Made by a program: the position numbers and the translations under genes | DNA from: Eledone cirrhosa | Taxonomy: Eukaryota | Length of the DNA stretch: 64,000 nucleotides | Assembly: GCA_964016885.1 (NCBI GenBank) | Contig: OZ024759.1 | Coordinates: forward strand, 1,550,001 to 1,614,000 | Direction: 5' to 3' | Notes under the pieces: model-generated | What the model saw: only the letters and a program-made list of their open reading frames with translations | Databases searched by the model: none | Told to the model about the DNA's origin: nothing | In this document: positions 60,201 to 64,000 of the stretch, one piece after another | How the letters are laid out: every line of letters begins with the position of its first letter | Position numbering within the stretch: position 1 is the first letter of the stretch

Positions 60201-63200
60201 ACATGAGACAGTCTATATTAGTAACATGACAAAGTCTATATTAGTAACATGACAAAGTCTATATTAGTAAAATGACAAAGTCTATATTAGTAACATGACA
60301 AAGTCTTTATTAGTAACATGACACAGTCTATATTAGTAACATGACACAGTATATATTAGTAACATGACAAAGTCTATATTAGTAACATGACACAGTCTAT
60401 ATTAGTAACATGACACAGTCTATATTAGTAACATGACAAAGTCTATATTAGTAACATGACAAAGTCTATATTAGTAACATGACAAAGTCTATATTAGTAA
60501 CATGACAAAGTCTATATTAGTAAAATGACACAGTCTATATTAGTAACATGACAAAGTCTATATTAGTAACATGACACAGTCTATATTAGTAACATGACAC
60601 AGTCTATATTAGTAGCATGACACAGTCTATATTAGTAACATGATACAGTCTATATTAGTAACATGACAAAGTCTATATTAGTAACATGACAAAGTCTATA
60701 TTAGTAACATGACAAAGTCTATATTAGTAACATGACACAGTCTATATTAGTAACATGACACAGTCTATATTAGTAACATGACAAAGTCTATATTAGTAAC
60801 ATGACACAGTCTATATTAGTAACATGACACAGTCTATATTAGTAGCATGACACAGTCTATATTAGTAACATGATACAGTCTATATTAGTAACATGACAAA
60901 GTCTATATTAGTAACATGACAAAGTCTATATTAGTAAAATGACAAAGTCTATATTAGTAACATGACAAAGTCTTTATTAGTAACATGACACAGTCTATAT
61001 TAGTAACATGACACAGTCTATATTAGTAACATGACAAAGTCTATATTAGTAACATGACAAAGTCTATATTAGTAACATGACACAGTCTATATTAGTAACA
61101 TCACACAGTCTATATTAGTAACATGACAAAGTCTATATTAGTAACATGACAAAGTCTATATTAGTAACATGACACAGTCTATATTAGTAACATGACACAG
61201 TCTATATTAGTAACATGACACAGTCTATATTAGTAACATGAGACAGTCTATATTAGTAGCATGACAAAGTCTATATTAGTAACATGACACAGTCTACATT
61301 AGTAACATGACAAAGTCTATATTAGTAACATGACACAGTCTATATTAGTAACATGAGACAGTCTATATTAGTAACATGACTAAGTCTATATTAGTAACAT
61401 GACACAGTCTATATTAGTAACATGACACAGTCTATATTAGTAACATGACAAAGTCTATATTAGTAACATGACAAAGTTTATATTAGTAACATGACAAAGT
61501 CTATATTAGTAACATGACACAGTCTATATTAGTAACATGACGAAGTCTATATTAGTAACATGACACAGTCTATATTAGTAACATGACACAGTCTATATTA
61601 GTAACATGACAAAGTCTATATTAGTAACATGACACAGTCTATATTAGTAAAATGACAAAGTCTATATTAGTAACATGACAAAGTCTTTATTACTAACATG
61701 ACACAGTCTATATTAGTAACATGACACAGTCTATATTAGTAACATGACAAAGTCTATATTAGTAACATGACACAGTCTATATTAGTAACATGACACAGTC
61801 TATATTAGTAACATGACAAAGTCTATATTAGTAACATGACAAAGTCTATATTAGTAACATGACAAAGTCTATATTAGTAACATGACAAAGTCTATATTAG
61901 TAACATGACAAAATCTATATTAGTAACATGACACAGTCTATATTAGTAACATGACACAGTCTATATTAGTAACATGACACAGTCTATATTAGTAACATTA
62001 GACAGTCTATATTAGTAGCATGACAAAGTCTATATTAGTAACATGACACAGTCTACATTAGTAACATGACAAAGTCTATATTAGTAACATGACACAGTCT
62101 ATATTAGTAACATGAGACAGTCTATATTAGTAACATGACAAAGTCTATATTAGTAACATGACAAAGTCTATATTAGTAACATGACAAAGTCTATATTAGT
62201 AAAATGACAAAGTCTATATTAGTAACATGACAAAGTCTTTATTAGTAACATGACACAGTCTATATTAGTAACATGACACAGTATATATTAGTAACATGAC
62301 AAAGTCTATATTAGTAACATGACACAGTCTATATTAGTAACATGACAAAGTCTATATTAGTAACATGACAAAGTCTATATTAGTAACATGACAAAGTCTA
62401 TATTAGTAACATGACAAAGTCTATATTAGTAAAATGACACAGTCTATATTAGTAACATGACAAAGTCTATATTAGTAACATGACACAGTCTATATTAGTA
62501 ACATGACACAGTCTATATTAGTAGCATGACACAGTCTATATTAGTACCATGATACAGTCTATATTAGTAACATGACAAAGTCTATATTAGTAACATGACA
62601 AAGTCTATATTAGTAACATGACAAAGTCTATATTAGTAACATGACACAGTCTATATTAGTAACATGACACAGTCTATATTAGTAACATGACAAAGTCTAT
62701 ATTAGTAACATGACACAGTCTATATTAGTAACATGACACAGTCTATATTAGTAGCATGACACAGTCTATATTAGTAACATGATACAGTCTATATTAGTAA
62801 CATGACAAAGTCTATATTAGTAACATGACAAAGTCTATATTAGTAAAATGACAAAGTCTATATTAGTAACATGACAAAGTCTTTATTAGTAACATGACAC
62901 AGTCTATATTAGTAACATGACACAGTCTATATTAGTAACATGACAAAGTCTATATTAGTAACATGACAAAGTCTACATTAGTAACATGACACAGTCTATA
63001 TTAGTAACATCACACAGTCTATATTAGTAACATGACAAAGTCTATATTAGTAACATGACAAAGTCTATATTAGTAACATGACACAGTCTATATTAGTAAC
63101 ATGACACAGTCTATATTAGTAACATGACACAGTCTATATTAGTAACATGAGACAGTCTATATTAGTAGCATGACAAAGTCTATATTAGTAACATGACACA

Positions 63201-64000
63201 GTCTACATTAGTAACATGACAAAGTCTATATTAGTAACATGACACAGTCTATATTAGTAACATGAGACAGTCTATATTAGTAACATGACACAGTCTATAT
63301 TAGTAACATGACACAGTCTATATTAGTAACATGACAAAGTCTATATTAGTAACATGACAAAGTCTATATTAGTAACATGACAAAGTCTATATTAGTAACA
63401 TGACAAAGTCTATATTAGTAAAATGACACAGTCTATATTAGTAACATGACAAAGTCTATATTAGTAACATGACACAGTCTATATTAGTAACATGACACAG
63501 TCTATATTAGTAGCATGACACAGTCTATATTAGTAACATGATACAGTCTATATTAGTAACATGACAAAGTCTATATTAGTAACATGACAAAGTCTATATT
63601 AGTAACATGACAAAGTCTATATTAGTAACATGACACAGTCTATATTAGTAACATGACACAGTCTATATTAGTAACATGACACAGTCTATATTAGTAGCAT
63701 GACACAGTGTATATTAGTAACATGATACAGTCTATATTAGTAACATGACAAAGTCTATATTAGTAACATGACAAAGTCTATATTAGTAAAATGACAAAGT
63801 CTATATTAGTAACATGACAAAGTCTTTATTAGTAACATGACACAGTCTATATTAGTAACATGACACAGTCTATATTAGTAACATGACAAAGTCTATATTA
63901 GTAACATGACAAAGTCTATATTAGTAACATGACACAGTCTATATTAGTAACATCACACAGTCTATATTAGTAACATGACAAAGTCTATATTAGTAACATG
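54285..64000. repeat. 23-bp tandem satellite array, sub-family R (same consensus and orientation, different diagnostic variants, almost no length variants)
   Basis: Same 23-mer. Variants not seen left of the gap include gaGacagtc, gtctTtatta, gaTacagtc, gacTaagtc, gacGaagtc, ttaCtaac, gtAtGtatt, aagGtcAat, catTaGac and gtGtatatt. 21-bp monomers occur only near 55730-55760 and 59910-59940. The array runs off the right edge. Confidence 0.98.
54285..64000. repeat. ~2.0-2.3-kb higher-order repeat (83-100 monomers) in sub-family R
   Basis: catcacacag at 54621, 56917, 58918, 61099, 63008 and 63951 (spacings 2296, 2001, 2181, 1909, 943). gactaag at 54900/57196 confirms the 2296 spacing. Confidence 0.82.

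Noticed and set aside
1-64000. CRISPR array (23-bp partly palindromic direct repeats)
   Set aside because: Repeats abut directly with no unique spacers, no leader and no cas genes.
1-64000. Telomerase-made telomeric repeat (some yeasts have 23-bp units)
   Set aside because: There is no G-rich strand or G run. Variants recur in kb-scale duplicated blocks, which fits recombination, not templated addition. A subtelomeric location is not excluded.
1-64000. Information-bearing code in the A/C and length variant order
   Set aside because: The order is explained by nested block duplications and deletions. Nothing indicates a reading mechanism.
1-64000. Inversions, strand switches or transposon insertions in the array
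   Set aside because: I found no reverse-orientation monomers (TAATATAGACTTTGTCATGTTAC) and no non-satellite sequence on reading through.

Overview
The whole 64-kb window is one AT-rich (about 26-30% GC) tandem satellite or minisatellite array. It holds roughly 2,800 head-to-tail copies of a 23-bp monomer, consensus GTAACATGACA(A/C)AGTCTATATTA, all in the same orientation. The only interruption is a 200-N assembly gap at 54085-54284. I see no genes, RNA genes, transposon insertions or CRISPR spacers, and the single ORF call is an artefact of the N gap. The real structure is of three kinds. (1) The monomer is a quasi-palindrome, and several recurrent variants repair its symmetry. (2) Rare monomer variants act as barcodes that reveal nested kb-scale duplications, with offsets of about 3.9, 5.8, 8.3, 12.4, 4.2/2.9, 7.0 and 1.9 kb left of the gap and about 2.0-2.3 kb right of it. 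(3) The two sides of the gap are different sub-families of the same satellite. The source is most likely eukaryotic heterochromatin, but the organism cannot be identified from this sequence. I find no support for a novel gene system. Offsets were counted by eye from marker positions and block boundaries are approximate.
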